A stretch of DNA of 64,000 bases. Origin: Ophelia neglecta. Lineage: Eukaryota. Below are positions 12,401-26,205 of the stretch, one piece after another (the first letter of the stretch is position 1; every line of letters begins with the position of its first letter). Below the pieces are notes generated by a model, which worked only from the letters and a program-made list of their open reading frames with translations, did no database searches and was not told the DNA's origin. The DNA lies in the NCBI GenBank assembly GCA_965285935.1, contig OZ260667.1:17918001-17982000 (forward strand), written 5' to 3'. Made by a program: the position numbers and the translations under genes.

Positions 12401-15400
12401 AGTTAAGTGGCGTAACTGCGGGTCCATCGATTGAACGATCCCTAATTTACTCTGATTTACGAGTCATGCTCATAAGGAAGTCTGTTAAAAAATACCAGCC
12501 CCCCCCCCCGCCCCCCCCCCCCCAGTTGTCAAATACTACGTCCCTTACAGAACACTGCCTCGATAATTCATCAAGCATAGTTTGGCTATAATTGTAGACG
12601 ATGATTGGAGTATTATTGTATTACCCTTTGGCCATGCCAAGTACTGCCAGTTCCGGTAGTTATGGTAGCTTTATGGGTGAGGTGTTCTGACTTAATGGCC
12701 GGAGCTAATAGTAACCGAGGAGACCTCATCCGATGACCGTGCTTGCAATGGCCGACCCTGCTCTGATTCCATAGAATAGGCCTAGTGTTAATGTGAATTT
12801 GGAAGACTATTAAAGATCAATGTTCTTGCAATGGCCAAAAACTTACAAAATTGACACATGAAAAAAGCGTAGCCAAAATCATTGATCATTATTTGAGCAT
12901 CGGTATTTAAACTTCCCAAAAACTAATGACCGGGTTCTAAGGCTTTGATGCCATTTCCTAAAAGCCTGTCATTCCGTAAAGATAAGGCATTTTTCGTAGG
13001 GTCAATTTATTCGGCGCTGCCAGCACCGCACGGAGACTCAGTTGCTCTGATGTGCACTGGTAGGGCGAGTCACGTGGGCTAGGTACGGTTATTCTATCTC
13101 AGCGCAGAGCAGCGTCGATTTCAGGTATAAAGCTAATTTACAAAAGCCACAAAGAAAAAAAGAAATAAAGCGCAAACGCATGGATCGGTAAATTATTTTT
13201 GTCAATGGCGCCTACGAAATGCTTTTCCCATTTGCGCTGCTCATTACAGACTGTTTCTTGAGAAAGTCTCCCGACCGGGAGTTTAATACACATCCAAAAA
13301 TATACAGCCGAAGCTCGATCATCATATTGACATGACAGTGGCGCTTCGTTGGTTCTCAAATCTACGAGTGCTGCTATAATTGGAGTCGTGTCTTTTGGCA
13401 ACTAGACGTACATTGCCTTGAGGGCGCGACAATGTATCAAATTCAATGCAATGCTCCTAGCCCGAGGGAAAAATACGGCTGGAGTTATTTGAGAAACATG
13501 CTATCTAGAGTTGTAGTTTTCTTGGTGTTTAGGGTGACATGTAGTAGGCGTAGCTATAGCATAACCGGTCAAATTGGTGCCAATTCGCGGGATATTTATC
13601 TCGCCTGGATGCATTCATGATCCCTCGGTGCTCGAATGTGCCAGATTGACCCATAGAGAACAGACATATTCCCCCACAGGTCATGGCAACGCAATTGGCC
13701 GTGTTGTCCTCGGGGCGGTGCATGAATTTGTCTTGCCATCAACATTGACCGTTTGATCAGTCCACATTAGCCCTACACACCTCATCACGGGCCGAGGAGA
13801 TGATAGCCTCATCGTGTCCAGACACGCACCCTCAACCTCCCTGGACCTGCTCTGACAAACAATAGAATAGCGCCGAGACTGAGAACTCCAATATCTAGTT
13901 ACTACATGGTTACTAGCACCAGTCGGCGGAACGAAGACTATACCAAATAATGGATCCGCAAATACACCTCTCGACCATAATTAAATAGAGCTTGTCACGA
14001 CAGAAAATGTCTCTGATAGGAAGCAGACAGACTTCTTTCTAGTTCATGGGCATGTATGCAAATACTGTCTGATAGCCCAAGGGGTAGGATGTACAAATTA
14101 TATTATATTATGTACCCCTGAGTGAATGTTCTCTATAGTCGATTCCCATAAGACCTACAAAGTTACGGTGTCTTATTCAGCACCTAGAAAACCAAGTAAA
14201 ATCATTTAGAGAAGTATTACAAACATAGACAAATTTATGAAGTAAAAAGGTTAAACCAGTGCATCCAACTGACAGCAAAATCCAACTTAAATGATGAGTA
14301 CTGTCGATTTATTGTAAAAACGTGTTTAATGAAAAGAGCACTGAAGGCGAATTACCGGAGATACATGCTTCTTGATATCAGTTGTCAGCCCATAGCTATC
14401 ATGATAGGGGTTGTTGATGGAGGAAAAAAGGAAAGAGGAATCTGTCTAGGTATGTAAGCCTCGCTCACACTATTTCCTTTATTACTATGTTTGCAGCGAC
14501 CCCTATAGTGAATAGGACATGTGCCCGTATCGCCGCGCCACCATAGCACAGCGGTACGTTTCCTTTGATAACTCTGAGGGGGAATTTCCTCTCGGCCACC
14601 GAAGCTTTCGGCAGTTGGATTCACAACTCGCCTCCTAGAGAAGAACAGAAAGACCGAAAGGTTAGCAGGGATCTTAACCTTGACTTACATCTCATTTATT
14701 TCGGCGCTTATTTGTTTTTTAGAGTGATCATCAATCCCGATAGAATGTCTAGCCCCGCAAAACTATTTGAAAAAGTCATTTTTCTATCTCATCCAAGATA
14801 TCTACTCCGTCAGATATTGGTTTCATTTCTATATTGCGAATAGCGAAGATAATTGCCCACATCACAAGATTATAGATGAACAAAGGTCAACGCACTACCC
14901 GGCAACAAGATTGTATGAAAAAATTCACCCAGAATTGCCTTCATGCAGGTATTGATTCCGAAGCTTTACCCGAGGTACATTCCACAATGTAATTGTTTCT
15001 ATCTCAGCTATCTGTTTTGAAATACTTTAACTAATCAAGCTTGAAATTAAACCTCTCAGTGTGATCCCATTACAGGTTTTGGAATATAGGTCAAAGAGAT
15101 ATTGCCTGATCTTCAGGCAGCAAGAGGAAGAACAAGAAGATAATTAATCTTGATTTTGGAAAATAGACATTCGCTGGTTCCTTTGAAACCTGAAGCAGGC
15201 CGTTGTGGTTTATCATGGCGGCTGAGCATATCATGTCAGCTCCCGTAAACATTATCGAGACTATTTGACCACATATTCCCCATTTATCATAGCAAATGTC
15301 CACTCAATTATACATAATGGCACTACGCTTAATGCAGCCGATTATGTTTTAAGTAAGTCCCACATAACAAGAAAACAGATGTCACAAGAGTAGCCAGTCC

Positions 15401-16099
15401 TTTAGATGAACGCAACAAATATTAACAAAAAACTCCACGTTTTCCCTCAAAGTTGCAATCGACTTTAGAGCACTTCGTGCTTTTTGGGGGGAATGTCTTG
15501 TCGCTCGCTTCCGGTGCAAAGCGCTTTAATAATGCAGACTGATGCTCTCAGACACTGAGTGTGCCAAATCGGCACAGCTGCAAACTATCAAGGATGTGAG
15601 CTTTATTACAGTACTCCGAACAATAAATCCTGAACATCCTGCTCCGGCCGAGCAGACCACCAACCGTTTGCGATGCAATCCAATTTTCGAGAGAGGCGGC
15701 TATAAAATGGTTGTTATCGACTGACATTGAAATTTCTGGTTACATTTATTTCCTTGAAAAATAGTTTGTCTTCTTCCAACTAGAAAGACAATTATTTTCT
15801 TTGGTATTTTTTTTCTATTTTCCCACACTTCGTTTAAGTAGGTATTGGACTTTAACTTTAATAGGTAAGTAAGAATGGCCTCACATTTTGAAATTTAGGT
15901 GTGAACCTTAAGTTTCGACAGCTTTTTGAAGTCATTGCCGAATTGTTAAAAATACAAGAAGGCTTATAATCTCATATAAACAAAAATTCACACTGACAAA
16001 TTCAAACAAATGATTTTTAAGGGAAATCTAGAGATGCTTAAAGCCATTTACATATCACAGTATAGGTATTGCCATCTTCTTAATGTTTTAATTACCCAT

Positions 16100-16365
16100 G
16101 GGATTTGTAATAAGTCGTTTTTCCTTGATATTAGGTCATCTCAAGATTTAGAAATATCAATGGCAAATTTGGACAGAGATTATTACTTAACATTTTCCAA
16201 AATAACAATTTTTTCATGCCACTTTCATGAACGATTCTGGGATATAACATACAGAGTTTCGGCAGTAAATATATTCTATTAGAGAAATACAACGAACAGA
16301 AAAGAAGAAAATGTACCTCGTTCTCGTACCTGTGAGCACATAAGACGTTATCTATTCTAAGTAGG
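16100..16365 (-). mobile_element. Short 3' fragment of a non-LTR retrotransposon ORF2 (CR1-group-like C-terminal Cys/His motif)
   Basis: The minus-strand ORF contains LCAHRYENEVHFLLFCSLYFSNR, matching the C..C...EDE.HFLL.C..Y...R motif at LINE ORF2 ends. Confidence 0.6.
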
Positions 16366-16734
16366 GACTTAGGAAAACAAAAGAGACCTGTCACAATAAA
16401 CCTCCAGTAATCTGGCAGGTTAATTCCATTTTTGGCGAAAATTATTACCTGAGTGACAAACGCATCAAATTTGGCACAAATACCCCTTAGGACCTATCCC
16501 ATTTTATCTGCAGGGGTGCCACTGAAAAAAAATGTTGTCGAACCCCGGTAAAATCACCACAAATCACAAGGTGGCCGCCATTTTGATTGTTATTATCTGT
16601 ATAAGCTCGTAAATGTAACAGGAAAGCAAAATTGATATGGAAACAAAGGTTTACGAAGCCAGGGAATATAAATTTTGACATATCGAGGATGATACCAAAT
16701 CCTAGGTGGCAATAAATGAATATCAAAGGGTGTT

Positions 16735-16826
16735 TGTTGCCTTGGTCGGGACTCGAACCCACAACCCTTGCGGTACCACCAAATGGCTCAACGATTGAAG
16801 CTACTCTATCAGTGTGCTACATCCCC
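16735..16826 (-). mobile_element. tRNA-derived (Ala-like) Pol III head; SINE head or tRNA pseudogene
   Basis: The minus strand begins GGGGATGTAGCACACTGATAGAG (tRNA-Ala-like 5' end, degenerate A box) and has the B box GGGTTCGAGTCCC. The acceptor stem does not close and the A-B spacing is extended, so this is not a functional tRNA. Confidence 0.65.
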
Positions 16827-17862
16827 AAACCCATACTACAAAACACCTAAACATTCTGATTCCTTGAACATCTCTATTTCATGTGTGTTGGCCATCCAAA
16901 TGAGGTCCAGATGCTAAGAAGAATATTCATTTAAAAAGAAATGGTGCTTTTTCCTGACCATTATGTACACAGTAAAAGGCTAAGTTTCGGCTAATATAGC
17001 ATACACAATACGAAACGCTAATAGCTTATGGGTACCAGCCACTACCCCTGTAAACTGCCAAGCTGCTATTCGAATTTTTTTACAGACATGTCACATTGCC
17101 AAATGCATAGCTGCACGTGTTCATTTAGTTCAATACTCTTTAATATCTCATTTGTAAACTCCCAATTTACGCATCCAAATAGAAGTACAGGTTTCACACA
17201 TGGATTAAAAAGTGAAAAAGAAACATCAGCTAATACATTAACTTATGGCCTAGAATACAATTTGGTTCGAATATTAAATGGGCATCGCCAGCCACAATAA
17301 ATCTTGTCTCGATTTCAGCCCCTCATTTTCACTCTTTCTACTTTTTTATACGATGTTGTTTAGTGACACGTCTAAGGTACATGGTACCAAGGCTACAACA
17401 CAATCGTAGGACCAGTAGACCCAGCCCTGACGGCTTGTATTAATACGTCACTACAAATAATGATGAATGTAATCTACCATTAGGATAAAGGAGAGCAAAA
17501 ATGAGCCACCAACACTCCACTAGCAGAAAAGAACATGCCCAATTATAATTCTTAGACATGCACATTTTAATTTACAATAGAACGACGACATCTTGCGCCA
17601 TTTAAGACGTAGCAAATAGGGCATTTCTTATTGAAAATGCGTTGAGCAATTAGTATTTCGCTTTTTTTCATCTGACTGCTCCTGAGGAGAAATATTGATT
17701 TTTCGTTATCACCATAATTTCTAACCTTAGCATAGTTCAATGTGACTTTATCATACCAAAGATTTCGTAGAAAATCATATAAAAGACGCATACACGAGAA
17801 ATAAATTTCATTACAAAATGCATCCATTTTCGATAGTACACACACCAAGCCTAGTACAATGG

Positions 17863-18194
17863 TTGTTGTTGTTGTTTGGGGTTTTACGTGGCTTTCAACA
17901 CTTATATGGTCATATCGCCACAGTGCCTCCTTGTGACAGTGGGCCCAATGCCCTCTTTAGAGTGCTGCCTCACTGGAGTACCTGCCGTAGACACCAGACG
18001 GGGAACCCCACCCAGTCACACTATACTGACACCGGGTTGACCAGTCCTGATACTACCCCCGAAATACCGGGCGCCTGGCAGGGGAGCTATCAGAACCTAT
18101 TTTAACGACTTAGGTTTGACGCGATCGAGCTTCGAACCCCGATCTCCCACTTGGGAGGCGGACGCCCTAACCACTCGGCCACGCTTTGGTTGTT
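17863..18194 (-). mobile_element. Full-length tRNA-derived SINE with (AAC)n tail and 14-bp target-site duplication
   Basis: Minus strand: A box TGGCCGAGTGG, B box GGTTCGAAGCT, central GGACTGGTCAACCCGGTGTCAGTATAGTGTGACTGGGTGGG (resembles the central domain of lophotrochozoan MetaSINE-type elements, from recall) and an AAC-repeat tail. Perfect flanking direct repeat GCCTAGTACAATGG at 17849-17862 and 18195-18208. Confidence 0.92.
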
Positions 18195-21100
18195 GCCTAG
18201 TACAATGGGGGCAGTATCATTTATTTCGTGGAATTAAGTTTGAATGTCCCGCTATGTACAAAGGATATTCCTCAATTTTGACCATCTTTACGACGCAAGC
18301 TGATCAGGTCAGGCAAAAACCAAATTTTAGCACCCATACCTAACAGCTAACCATGACCACATTAATAGGCAAATAGATTATATTTTACATTTGCAGCCTA
18401 GTTGTGTCTTCCAGAGTCCTTTAGGTTTTTCAAAATACGATAACAGCAGTAAGTGAGTTAGTGGGTCTGGTGGCATAGTTATAAACTTCAGCCAATATAA
18501 AATACATTCTGTATAACTAATTGAAACAAACAGGTAAGTAGCCACATCCACAAAGCACCATAAATCGATGAAGTATCAAGCACATGTCTCCAAACCTTAT
18601 TCGAACACCCATTATTTATTCATTCGGTTAAAGTCCGCAGACCTCCAAGCCATACGACAAAATGGAAATAATCAAAAAGTAGTTCCACAGGAAAGTATAT
18701 TTATGATTACCCTGAGTGTTTTTTCTGCTTGTATAACGCCAATGCCACGCGGCTTTGTGGTGACTGACCAATACAAACATGAAGAGAACAGAAGACCGAG
18801 ATATTATTAGTAAACAATTTAGTTTCAGCTTATTAAAAGACCAATTTTTCTACTTACGAAATGGAACTCTCGTGCTGAATTAAAAAATATTGACTTCTTT
18901 TTTCTAATTACATTTAGCCAATATATTTTCAAAACTGTTCTATTACTTTTAACTCTATTTGCAATCTATTTGTGGGGTTGACAGGTATTGATTTTATATT
19001 TGATTTCTTTCATTTGATTGAAGCAATAAGGAAAGTTATGAAAGGAGAGTGTACATTTTAATTATTGTTTGCGCTATTTTTCATTTATCGACAATGGCTG
19101 TCACATTTGACCATATCGCAGCCATTAGATGAATTAGCACACGGCTGTAAGACAAGTGTAGAAGGTTTCAAACAAGATAGGACATTAAGAAAATGCACAA
19201 AAATATGCACAAAACTGACTGGTGGAAAGGCATTTGCATAAGTAAGATGAATGCCACATCGTTTCGAAATCGACTAGTACAATTAACAGCTGCAAAGAGA
19301 ACTAATTCAGTGCTATGGAAGTCGTTAAATGAGAACTATCATTGAATAAAGAACGGGAATAGACACCTGGCAGAGAAAGAAAAATCATTATTCATATATA
19401 GTCCATTAAATCATTAGGAGCTTTCAGCTGAAGGTCCACAGAAGTCAATACCCAGCTCCATAACAGTAACAAACTTGAAATAAAGTTAAAAAAAAAAGAA
19501 GAAAATGAAATAGATAGCACTTGCCATGAGAAGTGATCAACAGTTTTTCATCATGCTAGTCAGAGTACAAAACAAAAGAAGCCTCGATCAACGAAGGACA
19601 GAGAAGAAATATTCCATAGGAGACTGTAGTGAAGGTGGATTAAGTTCCCTCTTCGTTTTAGGCTAAAGATGAGATTTCCTCAATAAACATAAGACTAAAA
19701 AGGATGTAAAAGGTCATCTAATAGAATTTAGTATATCATAATGTAGTGTGTTTGTTTTTTTACATTGGGCAAGCACGCCTCTAGACTTAATTATGACCTC
19801 GTGATTCAGTTAATGGCTAGGAACGGCTGTGATATGAAAATTGCAGACAGACAATACTTCATCTTTAAAAGGCTTATACATATTTTCTTTTGCTACTTAA
19901 TTCTAACTTGTTTGATAGATTTTTAAAGTTATTTTCGAAATATAAATAATTTGAATGTTTTGAAATGTTAAGAAAGTGTTTTATTTATTTGTTATGGCTG
20001 TATATGGCATGTACAACTTGCGCCTATAAAACGAGCCCAAGAAGCGCGGCCTTTACAGACTGTTGTTGCACATATAACCGCCCGAGGCGGAGCGGCAAAT
20101 CTGTGTACTGATAAGTGACCGAAATAATATGCGGTAAATGCGCGCTGTAGCCAATTCCTTTGCCTTATTTTAACGGAATATGATAGAACCTCAAAAAGTG
20201 TTAAAAAAAAACCAGCTTACATAGTATCAGCTCGTCAGGTATAAAGACTTAATTTTCGAAACATTATTAATGAATCCGTTAAATTATTGAATTTATAAGT
20301 AATATGAGAACGATGAAACAATAAAGCAGGCCCAAAGAAATGAACACCACGGTTAACGTTACCCGCCATTAAAAAATCAGGACGAATTGAATGATATGAG
20401 CAGCACTAGCGCTGTCAAGAGGATTTATCACTTTATCCAGATGACCATCATATTCTCCTAAATGTTTTATTATTTTTGCTTTTGCTCGGTAATTCCACAT
20501 GTTAATGCTAACGGCATAGTACAGGCCTACAAAAAGAGCTTGTAGAGCAAAATACTTATGTAATACACATAATATTTATTAATAATTCAGACATATTTCT
20601 TTTGCACATGTAATAGAAAAAAATGTTCTTGGTCAAATGTGGCCAATCTATATAAATGCCCCAAGTGCAATTCTGAATGAAGAATGGTGCAACCCTGATC
20701 GAGGACTGATGGTCCGCCATTGTGAAGCTTAGACAAAATCTGTGACTGTCAGCGTGCCCTGGGCTAATATAATACTTATATCCAATCAGCGGCTATCATT
20801 TCCTATCAGAATAGGATATTTCGTATTTTGTTTTTGCCTGCTTTTCAATGACGATGCTGACTAGGGGCAAGCATTTGAAGGGAATTGAGAAGTTATTGTT
20901 GCTATAGCTGTAAAGGTTACTGTGAAAAAAAGATAACACTGTGGTGTCCTTGATACGTGCATGTTACACTTAAAGCCTGGATGTTTACAGCAAAAGCGGC
21001 ACAGAAGAAACATTAAAAATGTAGCAAGCTACATTTCTGCCTTGTTGCTGCTTTATAGCCTTGTACTTGTGTGAATGCCGATTTGGCTGAAAAGATAAAT

Positions 21101-23559
21101 GGGACCAATACTTGAGTTCAACCTTTCCTTTTTTTATCCCAAGGCAAGAGTTGTCCGTAACGGTGGCAACTCGCGAAAGTGGACAAAGTTCAACTTTGGT
21201 TCTAAGTGATATTTTTAACAAAGACTCATGGATGTAAAGGCATCAAGATCACAAATCATTTCATTCATGTGCACACCACCATCATTTTCAAGCCGATGCT
21301 GTCATACATATGCTTGACATAGTGGTCAGAATTAACATCCGCTAAAAATATTAGCCAATTCTGATTTAGATTTAATTTTTCCTTAATAAGAATATGGTTT
21401 AACATCAACTAATCTAAATTAGAGTATTTCCACCACATAAAATGAACATCTGAATTGGCTATCGTACCAGCCAGTGCGGGTTTTTTCTGTTTTTTTTTTT
21501 ACATTTTATATATCCCCTGGTCTTTCGGTTCTGTTCGTGTTTTTAACATTAGCATCATTGCCAGAATTGAATATGCTTTTATTCAGCGTAAGCACTAGTT
21601 TTGCATTTTAGTGAAAATTTTTAGAGATTCATTTAAATATAATTTTGGTGTCATTTTACTAATACATCTGCTATTTCACTTTGATATGTTAATGCTATTC
21701 ATATTATACAAGCCGATAAGAGCGAAGCCGTGTTTTAATTTTTACGTTCCAGAGATGTGTACCTTATGCCCGGACTTGAAGTATAAAATCACTGCGGAAT
21801 GCTCTAAAAAACTTAACATTCTGACAAATGCTATGAAGAAATGAAAAGGCTATACACATTTGCTACCCGGTTCTGATGATTCAATATTATTTTCAAGGTC
21901 TTTCCTCGTGCGCTTCCAGGCTTTAATGAGGGGAAAAGCTCATAAAGTACAGAAGGGTCGTTCTAATCAGCGTCTTTTTAAAGTCAATGCTACAATGTTT
22001 GAGACATTTTATGAAGTGAAAAAATTGATATCTCTGTCAGAAAATTCCTTTGTCGAAATGGAAATGTGAAGGCCAAGATAACTTGTTAATCGGCCTATAT
22101 GGGATGCACTGTCATCGGCTTGAAGTCTTAAACAACAAAATGGTGGGTGAACTCTGTGAGCATTGAGAAGTGACATGAAATACGACTTCACCATCTAGCA
22201 TCCGCTCTTTGTAGTAACAAGCGACAAAAATGGAGCTATACGTATAAGGCAGTAATTGGGAAAGAAAACCATTCATTTCCAGAAATTGCTTAATGGCCAT
22301 GTCTTTTTGAAGCCATCAGTAATCGAAGGTCATAATCGATTTCTACTAAAAGCTGAAAAATAAATTCAACGATTTGTTAAACAAAGCTTAACGCTACTTA
22401 TCTCTTTGCAAACAAGCTGTAAGCTGTTCTGTCAGGAGAAGATAAATGGCAAATTTACTAGTGTTTTGCAGTCCCCATTCACCAGGTACTCTCTCCGGCC
22501 ATGGCGTTCATTGTGTATTAGTTTAGCTTATCGCTTAGCTTTAATGTCTCTTTTTCTCGGCGGCTAAAAAAGAAATTTAGTTTATGTCAAAAGCCCAAAA
22601 AGCTACTATTCAGCGTTATCGATTTTTTAATCTACATAGCTTCAAGGTGACAATTCTAAAACAACCAAGTGGTCTGTTTTGACTTAAAACAAAATTGATT
22701 AGGCGGTATCATTGTATATTGCCATTCGGGATAATCACACGTATTCCGGTGGGGAATGTAAATCTGAGGGGGAGCCAAAGGCAGACGATCTTAACAGACC
22801 AACAATGACGTCAACAAAGGGAGTTAACTAATGCAGCCTGCCATCAGTGCCAGGCTAGTGCTAGTGACTAATCAAAATTTACTACCTGGCACATGAGCCA
22901 CAATTTCTTAACCATTAATAAACCGTCTACAACCTAGAATATACTATAAATAATTAGGTCGGTCCAACTGATAGAGTTATCTCGTTTACAATTAAGACAG
23001 TGGATGAAATTAATTTCTAGGAGAGCTGAATGTTTTGAAAAAACATGTATGGGTCAAATTATAAGATGGATAGGGTAAGTGCACGTTTTAGTTAATTGAA
23101 TTACTCTAATTATTCTTAATATTTTTTTTTTTACCTATCACATTAGCTTCAAAACGAAGAATCAGGAAACAAACACATTCCCTTTTTATGTATGATAGTT
23201 ATGTAGCTGCGACTTTTTCATCGGGCTATGTATGTAAGTAGCAGCAAACCAGCTGCGATGACAAATTACCAACTGCACGAATTAACAATACATATGCGTT
23301 CAATTCGTTAACGTTTTGATGATCACTTAAACGATTATTTCAGATTCAGTTGGGTAAATTCGCTTTCCCTAATAAGTCCCTCGTCTGTTTATTTACAAAT
23401 TGAAAATAGTGCCTTGTTATGGCTACTTCATTAAATAAAATCTAAGCCAGAAAGAAATATTAAGTTCTTGTTATATATTATGATATAATTGTATTATCCC
23501 AATTTTTCTGTTTAGCAACTTATTTCAAGCAAACCTGTGTACGAAATTACCTCAAACAA

Positions 23560-24100
23560 GAAAACCTGACATTTGGCCTGCGATGTTATTTTTTATAACA
23601 AGATCTGTCCCGTTTTTAGCCTTCACGCTAGTTTACTTTTGTAATCCAATGATTAAGCAGAAACCCACAGCTCCATGTAGCTAAACACTTATTTTCCATT
23701 TGCCAAGGACCAAAACAGCTTAGCGACAAGCTGTTAATTGTAGTTTTCTTTTATATCATTGGTATTGGAAAAAGTCAAATCAATGGTTGAGTCCTTGAAT
23801 AGCCTCTTGTCCCATGTTAGACTCCCGACTACAACTATTCGTCATTTACATTTAGCTCTAGATACTTCCAAATTCTTGACATTAGACTGCAATGGCGCCA
23901 TGTAATTATCAATGTTTCCGGAATATTTAGTGATCTGTTATTCTTCTTCATGAAGTCGGCATGCCAGAAGTTTGTTTACCCGTAAGCCCGCAATATGTCC
24001 CGCTTAGCGTCCGCAAATAGAACGCCGTCATGCTTCTAAACATTTGGATTTTGAACCAAGGATTTCCTTACCACATAACTGCAAATTATTTGCCCATGGG
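23560..24100 (-). mobile_element. Degraded LINE apurinic-endonuclease/linker region
   Basis: Minus strand, in order: RIVVVGSL (cf. IIVGDFN, ~23840), DSTIDLTFSN (cf. STIDLIFTN, ~23793-23764) and NHWITK...KRD (cf. PWIT...RD, ~23655). Confidence 0.45.
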
Positions 24101-25279
24101 AAGACCCCAGTTGGTTTTCTTAAGATCATGCACCAAGAATGTTCTCCTCTTGTGATGAATTGGCTTACTATTTGTTCACGGTGGATAGCTCCAGGCAAAC
24201 GCCGCCGTTCTTACAACTAATCGTCGCTGTATTGTAAATAATACTAAAAGTAGGCTACGCTACGAAAAAAAAACTCTTTTTCTTATCATCAGCGGAGACA
24301 TAACATAATTATTCGGCCATTTAATCTCTCAAATCATCTGCGATTCCCATTGCGTTCTACGTCATTCTTATTGGTGATGGTAAATTTAATTGTGAAAAGG
24401 ATTGTGAGGAGAGCGTCCGGCTCCCATAGATACGTACCGCTGAGGACAAATTCAGTGGGAAACCTAACATATTTGAAATAAAACCCAATTTTTCCTAAAG
24501 CTCCTTCGTTTAAGAATGTGATCGCCCTTCGTCAACTATTTAGTCTAATGACCACCACATGGATTAGTCCCATTCCTCATGGGATAAGTTTCCGGTCCAA
24601 TGGCCGGGAAGCTCTCAACCCTCCTGGCATTCGGCGCCGGAGTCCAGCGACGGAATTTGTAATTTTCCGGGACCCTGCTGGTTCACGGATGTGGCTGTTA
24701 GGTTAAAGATAGCCATTTCCATAACAAATGGTTACATCCTTACAAAAATATTCTGCTGGCACTGGAAAGAGTACTTTGGGTGATGGCCATGTCTAGGCTA
24801 TGATACGTCTGCGACATCTGGTGGTTCTCTGCGTTCGGAAGCGTCATTCCTATTCACACGAGTACTGTTGGTGGCGTGCTTTTCCTGTTACGAAGTCAAT
24901 TACCGAGGGCCATTGCCCCACCGCCACGTGATTCTTAGACTACAGCACCTTAGCCACTTGCTGCTGAAGGTCTAATTTGACAAGCTTCTCGCTTTCTGAT
25001 TTTAGTTGAATGATTTGTTATTCTATAATCTGTTCAGAGCCTAAAAATATAAATCATGTGACTAAAAGGCATATCTTACCTCTTACGTAAGTAACTAGAA
25101 ATATATGACAACAAACCTCATATATTATAAACAAGCGCAAGGAATAAAGGGAAATAGTTTTTTAATTATGATTATATATAGTGTAAGGGAAGTCATTCAT
25201 TATGCAAATCTAACCGTATCTCTGATATTCTGGAACTTAATCCAAGTGTTGTTCCAAAAACAATTGTTGCATTAAATAA

Positions 25280-25672
25280 GACAAGGGCTACTTTTTCGGC
25301 TTTGATCTCGGGCCCGAGAATTCCTGAAAAACGGATTCATTTTCGTTTTTTCTCTCGGTAAATTGAAAAATAGGGGTATTTTTTTATCAGCCTCCCGATA
25401 AATTGAAAAAAGGGGTAATTTTACAAGCATGTGCCAAGAAAGTTGGACAGTTACTATAAAAGGGGGTTAGGTGCTTCCTGAAGCCTGAGAATAGGGGCTT
25501 GATATGTCATCAAGCCTGAGTTAGGAGGGTAAAAACCCTGATAAACCCCGGGATAACCTACTGAGATAAGGGTGTTAAAAAATTCATTGCCTTTCCTGAG
25601 GTAGGGGTCAGTTTTCAAAAGTGGTGAACAAGAATGGGTACCCCCTATAAAGGCGTAGTGGGGGGGGGGGAT
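25280..25672. repeat. MITE-like segment with internal GA(A/T)..AGGGG(T) sub-repeats ending in a G-tract
   Basis: TAAATTGAAAAA(T/A)AGGGGTA occurs twice (~25358, ~25398), followed by gagaatagggg, gagataagggt and gaggtaggggt, and it ends in G12 at 25659-25670. Confidence 0.4.
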
Positions 25673-26150
25673 GTTTACACAGCATGCCATCTACCTATTT
25701 GTCATGCCCGATAGTAACAATTCAGTGCCAGACATTCTGAAGTCAATCGCCTTCGGGGCTCTGTCTGCAGCTTTTTGTCGTAAAGATAATGAGCTTTTTG
25801 TGCTCAGCCAGCTTCTTTTCATCGCAACTGTCTAGGTATTTCACATGTTAATCATTTAACAAAAGGACGAAAATTGGTCTTATCTCTTTTTATATGGAAA
25901 CAAAGTGAACAACACCTGTTTTTAATCTTCCGGTCGTTAACAGCAATCTCCAACAAGCAATTCATCCACTCTTTCAACGAAACGTCTGGCATAAATACGA
26001 CTTTCTGTCTTCCTTTTTGCTTTATTAATATTCATAAGAACTTGAAAAATTCGCCCATTTATCACAGACCATAGAACTATTTGTCTTATTTAATCGACGA
26101 AAAGGTTAAAAACAAAGAGTTGAGTGATTGGTTGCACATTTTAACCTCAT

Positions 26151-26205
26151 TGTGTCCATTAGCAATGGCTTCACCCTTGGACGACATCAATTGCTAATGG
26201 ACACA
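26151..26205. repeat. Perfect 16-bp inverted repeat (hairpin) with a 23-nt spacer
   Basis: TGTGTCCATTAGCAAT (26151-26166) and its exact reverse complement ATTGCTAATGGACACA (26190-26205). Confidence 0.9.

Noticed and set aside
16735-18194. Two tRNA-like sequences as genuine tRNA genes
   Set aside because: Neither forms a closed cloverleaf with an acceptor stem, and one is clearly the head of a TSD-flanked SINE.
19200-19660. Possible RTE-type LINE linker (KDREEI...RW)
   Set aside because: Only one short motif amid many stops; insufficient support.
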